Shown in pieces: positions 39,496 through 49,337 of a DNA stretch of 64,000 bases. Within the stretch, counting starts at the first letter, position 1, and every line of letters begins with the position of its first letter. The notes beneath the pieces are model-generated. The model did not search any database. It had not been told where the DNA came from and saw only the letters and a program-made list of their open reading frames with translations. Source of the DNA: an uncultured bacterium (GTDB lineage: Bacteria; Myxococcota_A; Bradymonadia; UBA7976; VGTA01); assembly GCA_943788935.1 (NCBI GenBank), contig CALSSE010000016.1:1759-65758 (forward strand), in the 5' to 3' direction. Position numbers and translations under genes: made by a program.

Positions 39496-41175
39496 ATGAG
39501 TCTTGAACAGAGCTCTCATCTCGATCTCATTCGCCGAGTCAGGACACTTGAATCTGCGGTGCGAGAGAGCTCACGGAGGGCAAAAGGTAAATTTGCCAAG
39601 CGCGGGCAGCTCACTCCAAGAGCTAGACTTAACCGACTATTAGATCCCGCGACTCCTCTCCTTGAGCTGTCGACGTTAGCTGGCTTGGGGATGCATGATG
39701 ACAAAGCTATAGCTAGCTTTAAAGTTAATACACATACCGAGAAGGAGGTTGGAAAAGAGACCGGAAAAGAGACCGGAAAAGAGACCGAGATAGAGAAGCC
39801 GTTAGGGGGGAGTGGAATATCAGCGATCGGTTGGGTGAGCGGACTCCGCGTCGTGATCTATGTTCATGATGCCTCCATTAAAGGAGGGGCGATCTCCCCC
39901 ATGGGAGTGAAAAAACTTCTCCGCGCTCAGCAGATCGCGTTAGAGAATGCTCTCCCTATGATCACCCTAGCGGAGAGTGCTGGCGCTAATCTTAGCTACC
40001 AGTCAGAGCTGTTCGTAGAAGGGGGGAAGACTTTCGCTAATCAAGCACGGTTATCAGCGAAAGGGATTCCTCAACTGACCATTGTTCATGGTTCTAGTAC
40101 GGCTGGAGGAGCTTATATTCCTGGTTTATCTGATTTGGTGATCATGGTGAAAGAGCGAGCGAAGGTTTTTCTGGCAGGACCACCACTGGTCGCTGCGGCG
40201 ACCGGTGAAGTCGTCGACGACGAGACCCTTGGCGGAGCTGAAATGCATGGTGAAATTACCGGGTCAGCCGAGTGGGTGGCTGAGGATGACCAAGAGGCGA
40301 TTCTGATGGCTCGACGATGGTTGAGAACGATTTACTCGAGCTTATCTCCTAGGCAGGTTGAGTGTCTCACTCATTCCTTATATTTAGATTCAGCATCCTC
40401 GACGTTAAGCTCTCAAGAGGTTTTAAAGAGGGTACCTGTTGATTTTAGAGTTCCCTATGACCCACGTGCTCTCTTGGAGGTGATCGCAGATCATAGGGAA
40501 ATAGACGAGTTCAAACCCCATTTTGGTCAAGATATGGTGGTCGGCTTAATGAAATGTTATGGCCAACCTGTTGCATTTCTCTGTAATCATGGCCCTATCT
40601 TTCCCCAAGGAGCGAGTAAAGCGGCTCAGTGGATCGCTCTCTCTTGCCAGCGGGGCTGGCCTTTAGTATTTTTTCAAAATACGACTGGATTCATGGTGGG
40701 CTCTCAAGCAGAGCGAGACGGGATCGTAAAGCGTGGTTCAGCTCTGATTCAAGCGGTCACGAACGCCACAGTACCCAAGGTGACCTTTCTTATTGGAGGC
40801 TCATTTGGCGCTGGTCATTATGCGATGTGTGGTCGTCCCTTTGATCCTCGATTTATCTTTGCTTGGCCCAACCAACGCTTGGCGGTCATGGGTGGCGCTC
40901 AAGCGGCGGGAGTCTTTGATCAAATTGCCTCGCGAGCAGGTATGCCCCAAGCTAAAAGAGATGCACAGCGGATTAGAATTGAATCACAATTTGATCGTGA
41001 ATCTACTTCGCTATTCGCTACCGCAAGACTCTGGGATGATGGTATTATCGATCCCAGAGACACTCGGCGTGTTTTAGGTGAGACGCTCTCAATCTTTGAA
41101 TGGGAGCGCTCATGGAGAGCGTCCAAGAAGACTCGCGATCTAGGTGAATTTCCTCTAGGGGTCGCTAGATTGTGA
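39496..41175 (+). CDS. atuC: Acyl-CoA carboxylase beta subunit (geranyl-CoA carboxylase AtuC-like)
   Basis: ESAGANL, HGSSTAGGAYIPGLSD, FLAGPPLV, QNTTGFMVG, GGSFGAGHYAMCGR, ATARLWDDGIIDP. The gene order matches atuCDEF. Confidence 0.8.
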   Translation: MSLEQSSHLDLIRRVRTLESAVRESSRRAKGKFAKRGQLTPRARLNRLLDPATPLLELSTLAGLGMHDDKAIASFKVNTHTEKEVGKETGKETGKETEIEKPLGGSGISAIGWVSGLRVVIYVHDASIKGGAISPMGVKKLLRAQQIALENALPMITLAESAGANLSYQSELFVEGGKTFANQARLSAKGIPQLTIVHGSSTAGGAYIPGLSDLVIMVKERAKVFLAGPPLVAAATGEVVDDETLGGAEMHGEITGSAEWVAEDDQEAILMARRWLRTIYSSLSPRQVECLTHSLYLDSASSTLSSQEVLKRVPVDFRVPYDPRALLEVIADHREIDEFKPHFGQDMVVGLMKCYGQPVAFLCNHGPIFPQGASKAAQWIALSCQRGWPLVFFQNTTGFMVGSQAERDGIVKRGSALIQAVTNATVPKVTFLIGGSFGAGHYAMCGRPFDPRFIFAWPNQRLAVMGGAQAAGVFDQIASRAGMPQAKRDAQRIRIESQFDRESTSLFATARLWDDGIIDPRDTRRVLGETLSIFEWERSWRASKKTRDLGEFPLGVARL

Positions 41176-41226
41176 TTAAAATATAAGTGCTTGGCGCGAG
41201 CCGACACCGCAGAGAGGAATGAACCC

Positions 41227-42408
41227 ATGAGATGGACCGCTGAACATCAAGCGCTACGAGAGAGCGTGCATACTTTTGTCGATCGAGAGATCAATCCTTA
41301 TGCCGATCAATGGGAAGAAGAAGGGATATTTCCGGCTCATCAAGTGTTTAAAGCTGCTGGTAAACAAGGACTATTGGGGATCACGAAGCCTGAGGCATAT
41401 GGAGGGTCAGGACTCGATTTTTCATTTACCGTGGTTATGGCAGAGGCGCTCGCCCGCTCAAAAAGTTCTGGCGTTGCTTTAGCGATTGGGGTGCAAACAG
41501 ATATGTGTACTCCTGCCCTTAGTGTGTATGGGAGCGAGGAGCTTAAACGAGATTTCCTAGCCCCTTCAGTCGCAGGGGACTTGGTAGGGTGCATTGGAGT
41601 GAGTGAAGCGGGAGGAGGATCTGATGTCGCCGCACTGAAGACCTATGCCCGTCGAGTTGGTGATGATTATGTGATCAATGGCCATAAAATGTGGATCACT
41701 AATGGGGTCCAAGCAGACTGGATGTGCGCGTTGGTCAACACCTCTGAAGGGCAACCTCATCGAAATAAATCATTGATTATTATTCCGATGGACACCAAGG
41801 GAGTACAGGTAGAGAAGAAGCTAGACAAGATGGGGATGCGGGCCTCTGACACTGCGGTCATTCATTTTGATGAGGTGAAGGTCCCACAAAGGTTTTTGAT
41901 TGGAGAGCGAGAGGGGGAGGGCTTTAAGCAACAGATGTCTCAATTTCAAGATGAGCGCTTATGGGGGGCGGCTAACGCGGTAGCCATTATGGAGGAGGCG
42001 CTTAGGATGACCGTAGAGTATGCTCAACAGAGATATACTTTCGGCCAACCGCTAATCGCTAATCAAGTGATCCAACATCGACTCGCTGAATTAAGTACTG
42101 AGGTACAAGCGCTCAAAGCGCTCACTTATCGGGCAGTAGAGTTGCATATGGAGCTTGGAGGGATGGATATGAGCGTGGTTCGCTTAGCCTCCATGGCTAA
42201 ACTTAAAGCCGGTCGCTTGAGCCGAGAGTTACTCGATGTTTGTGTGCAGTTTCATGGTGGGATGGGTTACGTCACTGAGAGCTTGATCAATCGGCTGTAC
42301 AGAGATGTGCGAGTCATCTCGATTGGGGGAGGTGCTGATGAGGTCATGTTAGGCTTGATCGCTAAACAAGAGGGTTTTGTTCCTCTTCGTAAAGAAAGAC
42401 ACTCATGA
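41227..42408 (+). CDS. atuD: Acyl-CoA dehydrogenase (citronellyl-CoA dehydrogenase AtuD-like)
   Basis: AIGVQTDMCTPAL, IGVSEAGGGSDVA, NGHKMWITNG, FQDERL, RDVRVISIGGGADEVML. Start refined to ATG 41227. Confidence 0.8.
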   Translation: MRWTAEHQALRESVHTFVDREINPYADQWEEEGIFPAHQVFKAAGKQGLLGITKPEAYGGSGLDFSFTVVMAEALARSKSSGVALAIGVQTDMCTPALSVYGSEELKRDFLAPSVAGDLVGCIGVSEAGGGSDVAALKTYARRVGDDYVINGHKMWITNGVQADWMCALVNTSEGQPHRNKSLIIIPMDTKGVQVEKKLDKMGMRASDTAVIHFDEVKVPQRFLIGEREGEGFKQQMSQFQDERLWGAANAVAIMEEALRMTVEYAQQRYTFGQPLIANQVIQHRLAELSTEVQALKALTYRAVELHMELGGMDMSVVRLASMAKLKAGRLSRELLDVCVQFHGGMGYVTESLINRLYRDVRVISIGGGADEVMLGLIAKQEGFVPLRKERHS

Positions 42409-43259
42409 GCCCATCGCTGATCATAAGACAACATGGACCTCTCCTCTCCTTGACTCTCAACCGTCCTCAGTCTCGTAATGCGCTTAATCGTGACCTTCTA
42501 GAGCAACTGATCACTCTCTTTAGAGAACTCGGTGATCAGCCACAAGAGGTAGATGTGGTGGTATTGAGAGGAGCAGGTGGACACTTCTGCGCTGGTGGTG
42601 ATGTAAGGGAGATGAGCTCTATGATCAGCGCGGTGAGGCAGGGTAAAGATCAACTAGATAGTATCCATCAGCTAAATGCTCTGTATGGTAAGCTCCTCTC
42701 TTTAGCAGAAGCTCTCCCTCAAACGCTGATTACCTTGATTGAGGGGGCGGTGAGAGGAGGAGGAATGGGACTCGCTTGTGTCTCTGACTATGCGATCGCT
42801 CACCATGAGAGCAGCTTCGGGCTCCCCGAAGCCCGTCTAGGGTTAGTCCCCGCTCAAGTGGCTCCTTCAGTTATAAAAAGAGTGGGGTTATCTATCACTA
42901 AGCGATTGGCGCTGTGTGGAGATCAGATTAGCGCTCAAGAAGCCTTGAGAGTGGGGTTGATACATGACCTCTTTGAAACTGAAGAGCAGGGGGCTCAGCT
43001 CATCGAGATAATGATCGACAGCATATCCCATCTAGCGCCCCAAGCACGAGCGGAGACTAAGCGGCTCTTGCTCTCCCTCGCCGATGATCTGAGTATCGAT
43101 GATCACATTAATAAGGCTGCAGAGCAGTTTGTACAGGCGATCAACAGCCCAGAGTTTCTAGAGGGGAGCGAGGCGATGAGAGAGCGTCGACTGCCACTAT
43201 GGCGAGCTCGTTGGCATGGTGGTGCAGAGAAGAGTGCAGAGGAGAGCGCAGAGAGATGA
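42405..43259 (+). CDS. atuE: Enoyl-CoA hydratase (isohexenylglutaconyl-CoA hydratase AtuE-like)
   Basis: LNRPQSRNAL, FCAGGD, GGGMGLACVSD, FGLPEARLGLVPAQ. ATGA coupling at both ends. Confidence 0.75.
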   Translation: MSPSLIIRQHGPLLSLTLNRPQSRNALNRDLLEQLITLFRELGDQPQEVDVVVLRGAGGHFCAGGDVREMSSMISAVRQGKDQLDSIHQLNALYGKLLSLAEALPQTLITLIEGAVRGGGMGLACVSDYAIAHHESSFGLPEARLGLVPAQVAPSVIKRVGLSITKRLALCGDQISAQEALRVGLIHDLFETEEQGAQLIEIMIDSISHLAPQARAETKRLLLSLADDLSIDDHINKAAEQFVQAINSPEFLEGSEAMRERRLPLWRARWHGGAEKSAEESAER

Positions 43260-45580
43260 AAAACGCAGAATCTGACCGGATATTGGTGATCGTTAATCGA
43301 GGTGAGATCGTCAAGAGGATCGCCAAGAGCGCTAAAAGTCTAGGATTTCAGGTTGTTACTGTTCATGGTCCTCATGACCGAGATGAGCCTCATGTCAAAG
43401 TGGGGGATCAGCGAATCAATTTGCTTCAGTTTGCCCTGTCGGTCAGTGAAGTCGATGAAGAGAGAGCGAGAGACCTGCTCGCTGCTGATGGGCCTCGCCT
43501 TTACCTAGAAGAAGACTTATTGATTAAAGTATGCTTGAGCGTGGGCGCGAGTCATGTTCACCCGGGCTATGGTTTCCTCTCTGAGCGGGCATCTTTCGCT
43601 CAAAAAGTGATCGACGCGGGTATGCGCTGGGTAGGACCCACGCCGCAAACGATGAAGATGCTCGGTGACAAAACCACTGCGCGGGAGGTCGCAGAGCGCG
43701 CCGGAGTATCGGTCGTTCCAGGAGTTGCTCCGAGAGTAGCCAACGACGAGGAACTAATAGAAGCAGCTCAGCAAGTTGGCGTCCCATTAATGATTAAGGC
43801 CGCTGCTGGTGGTGGAGGGAGAGGGATGAGGGTCGTCTCTCAGCTCGATGAGCTAGGTGAAGCGATCAAGAGCGCTCGTCGAGAAGCGCTGTTAGGGTTT
43901 GGCGATGACCGTTTACTGATCGAGAAATATATTCCGATCGCTCGACATGTGGAGGTTCAGCTCTTTGGTGACCAGCTGGGTCAGCTGGTACATCTAGGCG
44001 AGAGAGATTGTACCGTTCAGCGGCGTCAACAGAAGATCATCGAGGAATCTCCCGCGCCTGAGCTACCCGAAGAGCTAGCTCAAGAGCTGTATAATGACGC
44101 CTTGAAAATTGGCGCTCAAGTGTCTTTTGAGAGCGCAGGGACAGTAGAGTTTTTGCTCACTCCTGATGGACAACGATATTTCCTAGAGGTGAACACTCGA
44201 ATACAGGTTGAGCATCTGCTCACTGAGCTGCTCTACGAGGTTGACTTAGTGGAGTGGCAGTTGAGAGTTAGCGATGGTGAGGGGCTATGCTTTTCCCAAG
44301 ATGAGCTCAATAATAGACGAGGACGATCTCTAGGCCATCTCATTGAGCTGAGGCTATGCGCAGAGAGCCCTGATGCTCTGAGCCTCCCTCAGTCAGGTCC
44401 GATTATTTGGTGGCGAGCGCCACAGGGAGCGGAGTGTGTAGAGGAGGCTCTTGGCACAGCTGTGAGTCCTGAATTTGACTCGATGATCGCCAAGCTGATT
44501 TTCTCTGGTAAAGATCGTAATGAGGCGATTCAGCGGGCGCTCTACGGTTTAAAAACCATGCGTTTGATAGGGTTTGAACACAACGGACCACTCCTCGCTT
44601 ATCTGTTACAACATCAAGATTTCTCAGAGTCTCAGCATCACACAAAATGGTTCGAAGAGGTGGTGAGCGTTGCGGTAAATATGGGAGTCCCGGACCGGAG
44701 AGAACAATCGAGCCCTGAGCGAGGAGAACTTTCTATTACCTTAGAGCGAGAGATCGCCCTCTCTGCGCTGCTTCATTCTATACCTCTCAACCAGTTAGAG
44801 CTAGGCTCCTCAGAGTCTTGCAATGACGGCGCTTGGTCATCGAGCGCTGAGAGACAATGGAGCGTGGATCTCCATATCACGCCTGCCCGACCGAGCGGTT
44901 TATCTACTGTCACTCCTACTCTAATAGAACCACAGAGCTTCACGCTCTACATTGAGCCAATGTGGAATGGTCGAGGCTATAAGGTGATTGACTCTGAGGG
45001 ACTGATCGATATCCACTTTGAGGAAGTGAGGATTGATCTAGAGACGTCAAGTGTATGGTGGAGCGACCTCAAGGGAAGGTCAGTCAATATGGGAGTCGTC
45101 TTCACCATAGAGGCAGAACATCACCTCTATAGCTCTGCTTCATCAAACCATCGAGGGGGGATGAGTTGGCGTAGAGTATGGGAGAGGGCGGAGTGGGAGA
45201 ATCTTAATAAGTCCATATGGCTGGTCTCAGGAGGACTAGAGCTAAAAACAGCAATGAACGCTAAGAATATCACTTATCAAACCGCATTGGAGAGGAGGTC
45301 GTTGGATAGTGACTCTAGCCTCACCGATGAAGGACGATTGCAGCGTCTTCACCTCCTCGCTCCTCTATCAGGGCGTATGAGTCGAATCGTAGTAAATGAA
45401 GAGCTCTCTTATCCTCCACACACGACGGTGGCGATTATCGAGTCAATGAAACTTGAGTACCCTATTGTTTTAGAGGAGGCTGGAGAGATTAGGAGTTGGT
45501 TAGTGAGTGAAGGTGAGGTTGTAAAAAAAGATCAAAAACTCGCTTTGGTCCGTCCACATATGATCTTAGATGAGACATGA
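43256..45580 (+). CDS. atuF: Biotin carboxylase/biotin carrier alpha subunit (AtuF/MccA-like)
   Basis: NRGEI, HPGYGFLSE, KAAAGGGGRGM, ERDCTVQRRQQK, EVNTRIQVEH, FDSMIAK and biotinylation motif ESMKLE. Start refined to the ATGA overlap. Confidence 0.8.
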   Translation: MKNAESDRILVIVNRGEIVKRIAKSAKSLGFQVVTVHGPHDRDEPHVKVGDQRINLLQFALSVSEVDEERARDLLAADGPRLYLEEDLLIKVCLSVGASHVHPGYGFLSERASFAQKVIDAGMRWVGPTPQTMKMLGDKTTAREVAERAGVSVVPGVAPRVANDEELIEAAQQVGVPLMIKAAAGGGGRGMRVVSQLDELGEAIKSARREALLGFGDDRLLIEKYIPIARHVEVQLFGDQLGQLVHLGERDCTVQRRQQKIIEESPAPELPEELAQELYNDALKIGAQVSFESAGTVEFLLTPDGQRYFLEVNTRIQVEHLLTELLYEVDLVEWQLRVSDGEGLCFSQDELNNRRGRSLGHLIELRLCAESPDALSLPQSGPIIWWRAPQGAECVEEALGTAVSPEFDSMIAKLIFSGKDRNEAIQRALYGLKTMRLIGFEHNGPLLAYLLQHQDFSESQHHTKWFEEVVSVAVNMGVPDRREQSSPERGELSITLEREIALSALLHSIPLNQLELGSSESCNDGAWSSSAERQWSVDLHITPARPSGLSTVTPTLIEPQSFTLYIEPMWNGRGYKVIDSEGLIDIHFEEVRIDLETSSVWWSDLKGRSVNMGVVFTIEAEHHLYSSASSNHRGGMSWRRVWERAEWENLNKSIWLVSGGLELKTAMNAKNITYQTALERRSLDSDSSLTDEGRLQRLHLLAPLSGRMSRIVVNEELSYPPHTTVAIIESMKLEYPIVLEEAGEIRSWLVSEGEVVKKDQKLALVRPHMILDET

Positions 45581-45676
45581 CATAGAGACAGTCTTCCCTC
45601 ATGTCTTGACCAAGAGATAAGGGTGCTTAAGGTAAACACATCGGTGATGAGGACCGCCACATACTTAAAGGAGTAT

Positions 45677-46591
45677 ATGAGAGTGACGATAGATACAGAG
45701 TTAGAGGCCTCTCCCGCTAATAAAGATAAAGTCGTGATTACCTGTGCACTGACAGGAGTTCTTACAGACCCTCGGCAACATCCAGTGCCGGTGACTCCCC
45801 AAGAGATGGCAGCATCAGCGAAGCAGGCTTACGACCAAGGGGCCACGGTGATGCATGTTCACTTTCGGTCTCAAGAACCCAACAAAGGTCATTTACCCTC
45901 ATGGAGCCCCGAAGTCGCTCTAGAAATTACCGAGGCGATTCGTAGAGCATGCAGAGGAGTAATCATCAACATGAGTACGGGTGTGTTTGGAGCTGATATC
46001 TCTGACCCGGTCGCTTGTTTAAATGCGATTAAGCCAGAAATGGCTGCTTGTAATGCAGGGACCCTTAATTACCTAAAGACTCGACGCTCTGGCGAGTGGG
46101 CTTGGCCACCGATGGTTTTCGATAACCCCGTAGAGAAGGTAAAGGCTATGGTTGAGGCGATGGCAGTGACTCATACTTTACCGGAATTTGAGTGTTTTGA
46201 TGTCGGTATTATACGTTCTCTACAAATGTATATCGACAATGGTTGGGCGCCTCAACCACCCCACGCCAACTTGGTGATGGGTGTCTCTTCGGGGATGCCT
46301 GCTGATCCGCGTCTTCTAGAGATCATTATCAACTATCTTCCTCAGGGGAGTCCATGGCAGAGCACAGTGATCGGTCGGGGTGAGGTTTGGGATGTCCATC
46401 GACGAACCGCTGAATTAGGGGGTCATCTGCGTACCGGAGTTGAAGATACCTTTTACCTACCCAATGGCGATAAGTGCTCTGGGAATGGTGAACTCGTAGA
46501 GACCTTAGCGCGTTTCGCTCAGGAGGCCGGGAGGTCAGTCGCCTCAGTCGATGAGGCGCGGGCTATATTTGGTTTCTCTCAAACCGACTAG
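45677..46591 (+). CDS. Beta-keto acid cleavage enzyme (BKACE/DUF849, Kce family)
   Basis: AAGGAG RBS. VITCALTG, HVHFR, NMSTG, PEFECFD, GHLRTGVED. Confidence 0.9.
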   Translation: MRVTIDTELEASPANKDKVVITCALTGVLTDPRQHPVPVTPQEMAASAKQAYDQGATVMHVHFRSQEPNKGHLPSWSPEVALEITEAIRRACRGVIINMSTGVFGADISDPVACLNAIKPEMAACNAGTLNYLKTRRSGEWAWPPMVFDNPVEKVKAMVEAMAVTHTLPEFECFDVGIIRSLQMYIDNGWAPQPPHANLVMGVSSGMPADPRLLEIIINYLPQGSPWQSTVIGRGEVWDVHRRTAELGGHLRTGVEDTFYLPNGDKCSGNGELVETLARFAQEAGRSVASVDEARAIFGFSQTD

Positions 46592-46710
46592 CCCTATATT
46601 CTTTCATCGATGACAACTTTAATTGAGATTATTTAGCTTATATCAGCTCACATCTAGCCCACCTCATCTAGGCTTTCATGGTGGGCTAACAACGACAGAA
46701 AAGAGGTTAT

Positions 46711-47850
46711 ATGAAACCTGCTCAACGCGCAGCGAAGATCAGACACACGATTCAACAGCTTCACAATGGTTATCAAGTCGGCTTTGCCGGTCAACCTCGA
46801 CTCAGCCGTTCAGCGGGTCAACTTGACGCTTGGGTTGTACAGCTCAGAGGGTTAGCACCTAAAGTAAAGGCGCTCCCCCCACAATTTCGTCAAGAGCTCA
46901 GCGACCAAATCAAGCAACGTATAGCTCTCTATTCTAAAGAAGCTATAGCGATTAGAGAGGCCCAAGAGATCAATCTCGTCTCTCAAATCGCTTATGGCCA
47001 TATAGAGTGGGCTAATCTACACAGTGATCGTTATCAGCGTCATTTTGCAGGCCAATCTCGGAATACTCGAGATGGAAGTTTACTCTCCGAGCTTATTGTT
47101 GAAGCCCAAGTGTGGTTACAGCAGACTAAAGATCACTTAGAGTCTAATCGTGAAGAGATGGAAGAGTCATCGGTCGCTGACTTAGAGAGCCGTATTGAGC
47201 GCTTGGCAGAGAGTGAGACGATGTATCAAGCAGAGTTGAAAGCGATCACTGAGTCGCAGCGAGAGGCGGGTACCGTTCAAGAGAGAGCAGATCTCTATGC
47301 TTTTCTCGCTAATCAATGCTTTCAACTGTATCGAGCTCATTTCTCAGGGCATAGTCGAAGCTCAAGAAGACTCGCTACGCTCGAGCGATGCAACACTCAA
47401 CTCGATTTGATCGCTTCTCAAATGAGGAGCTTACTCAAGGAGTCAAAGTCGGCGCTTGATCATAAAGAACGAGCAGAGAAGAACCTAGAGATCGTTGAAC
47501 AAAACCTTAAGGGTTATCAAGAAGAAGAGCAGCATATTGATCAAGCTCAGACTCCGCTCGATTACAATGGCTGGGTAAAGGGACTCGGTGAGGCGGCCCA
47601 GAAGGTATATGAAGAGTATGGCGCGAATTTCGCTAATAAGGCGCGCAGCAGCTGCGACCCACAGCTTTTATGTCAGCTCTGCGACCGTCTCTATGATATC
47701 GGGCTACAGCTGAGACCGTTTGTAGAGTATTCTCCAGAGCCTGAAGAGCGTGGAGTACTACTTCTCATGCTCGATCAGCTTAGACTATATCATCGTGAGT
47801 TTGTACTCGTCAGTGAGGCGGTTAAAGCCCAAGAAGAGGTTCGACACTAA
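46711..47850 (+). CDS. Hypothetical helical protein with four internal ~90-100 aa repeats
   Basis: GAGG RBS. Motif Y...FAG.sR.sR recurs at aa 21, 108, 207 and 303. Confidence 0.75.
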   Translation: MKPAQRAAKIRHTIQQLHNGYQVGFAGQPRLSRSAGQLDAWVVQLRGLAPKVKALPPQFRQELSDQIKQRIALYSKEAIAIREAQEINLVSQIAYGHIEWANLHSDRYQRHFAGQSRNTRDGSLLSELIVEAQVWLQQTKDHLESNREEMEESSVADLESRIERLAESETMYQAELKAITESQREAGTVQERADLYAFLANQCFQLYRAHFSGHSRSSRRLATLERCNTQLDLIASQMRSLLKESKSALDHKERAEKNLEIVEQNLKGYQEEEQHIDQAQTPLDYNGWVKGLGEAAQKVYEEYGANFANKARSSCDPQLLCQLCDRLYDIGLQLRPFVEYSPEPEERGVLLLMLDQLRLYHREFVLVSEAVKAQEEVRH

Positions 47851-47862
47851 AAGGAAGAATGA

Positions 47863-48783
47863 GTGATATTGATGGTCCGACTGCACAGCGCTTGCTTGAT
47901 CATATGTCTAGCGGTAGTGAGCTCTCGAGCAGCTCTGTGTTATGCTGAGGTGTCAGGCTTAGTGACCTCACCTTCACCTCAACAGGATATTGTCTCATAT
48001 AAGGACTGGTCTTTGGTTTTAAGCGTGGTGGTCGATAAACAGGGTAAAGTCTATTATCCGCGCTTCTTTGAGCCTAAGGTCAGACAAGCCTTCTCTCGTT
48101 TCTTGACTCTCTTAGAAGAGCCGCTACCAGCGGGCTATAGCAAAGAGGCTGAGATGAGTTATTGGCTCAACGCTTATAACGCACTTACCATGCGTCATGT
48201 CCTACGGTTTCCAGGGCTCGAGAGCGTGGCGATCGCCGTCAAAGGAGAGCCACGATATACTTTTTTTAAGCAGCGAGTTCATCTTGTTGGAGGAGAGAAA
48301 CGCTCTTTGGATGACATAGAGCATCAGCTGATCAGGCCTCGATTTAAGGACCCTAGAGTTCATATGGCGTTGAACTGCGCTTCTAAGTCATGTCCAGTCA
48401 TAACGAATATCCCTTTTATGGCGCAAACGCTCGATCAACAGTTAGACCATCTCGCAAGTAAGTTTGTTAATGATCCCTCACGTAATCAACTTAGATCTAC
48501 GTCAAGTCCAACATTACTGCGGCTCTCTAAACTCTTCTCGTGGTTTGGTGAGGATTTTAAATATCCCCTCAGCGTGGATGCTGTCGGTGATCGTACTGTT
48601 GGTGATCGCACTGTTGGTGATCGCACTGTCGACATTGAGAGAGGAGTCAAAGCATTTTTATGTAAGCATAGTGAGCTCAATATGTCGCTCATTGAAGACA
48701 GTCATATTCAATATCTAGAGTATGATTGGAGACTCAACGGTGTCCCGCCCGGGCACCATTGGACTAAGGACAAGCACGAATAG
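47863..48783 (+). CDS. DUF547 domain secreted protein
   Basis: YWLNAYNA, SLDDIEH, DPRVHMALNCASKSCP, LSKLFSWFGEDF, YDWRLN. Confidence 0.88.
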   Translation: MILMVRLHSACLIICLAVVSSRAALCYAEVSGLVTSPSPQQDIVSYKDWSLVLSVVVDKQGKVYYPRFFEPKVRQAFSRFLTLLEEPLPAGYSKEAEMSYWLNAYNALTMRHVLRFPGLESVAIAVKGEPRYTFFKQRVHLVGGEKRSLDDIEHQLIRPRFKDPRVHMALNCASKSCPVITNIPFMAQTLDQQLDHLASKFVNDPSRNQLRSTSSPTLLRLSKLFSWFGEDFKYPLSVDAVGDRTVGDRTVGDRTVDIERGVKAFLCKHSELNMSLIEDSHIQYLEYDWRLNGVPPGHHWTKDKHE

Positions 48784-48846
48784 TTAGTGACTACGAGCTT
48801 ATTCACTATCCCAGATTCCACTACATACCCAAGCCTCTTCAAGTAG

Positions 48847-48919
48847 TGGAGCAGAGGGGGATCGAACCCCTGACCTCTTGACTGCCAGTCAAGTGCTCTC
48901 CCAGCTGAGCTACTGCCCC
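48847..48919 (-). tRNA. tRNA-Ala (GGC), CCA not encoded
   Basis: GGGGCAGTAGCTCAGCTGGGAGAGCACTTGACTGGCAGTCAAGAGGTCAGGGGTTCGATCCCCCTCTGCTCCA forms a cloverleaf with G3:U70 and anticodon GGC. Confidence 0.96.
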
Positions 48920-49133
48920 AAGACGGTTATCTTATAGACTTGCAGAAGAATCATGTCAAGTAGTAGTTGAGAGAGTATGGCGGAGTCAGCTGTGTTTGAA
49001 CGATATTTAAGGGGCTTGGTCAGATTTTCTGTAACTCTTACCCTAACCGATCAGTGACTCATGGGCTGAAGCTAGAGTGTTTTCGGATAAGTAAGCTCGG
49101 ACAAGTCAGAGATACACTCAAGTGGGATAGCTA

Positions 49134-49193
49134 CTCATGTTGTAGAGAGTTTGCTCATGTCGCAGAGAGTTCGCTCATGTCGCAGAGAGTTCG
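49134..49193. repeat. 20-bp direct repeat x3 (CTCATGTCGCAGAGAGTTCG) upstream of the methyltransferase gene
   Basis: Two identical copies and one with 3 mismatches. Confidence 0.85.
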
Positions 49194-49337
49194 TTCAAGG
49201 AGCGAAGGAAGACTATAAAAATGCTCTCTTTACTAATTAGGTATTTGACTCTTCGTAAATAAGCAGGTATTCAAGTGTAGGATAAAGTAATAATATAGAG
49301 CACAGGATCTTACAGTGTGCCCGCATGGAGGTCTATT

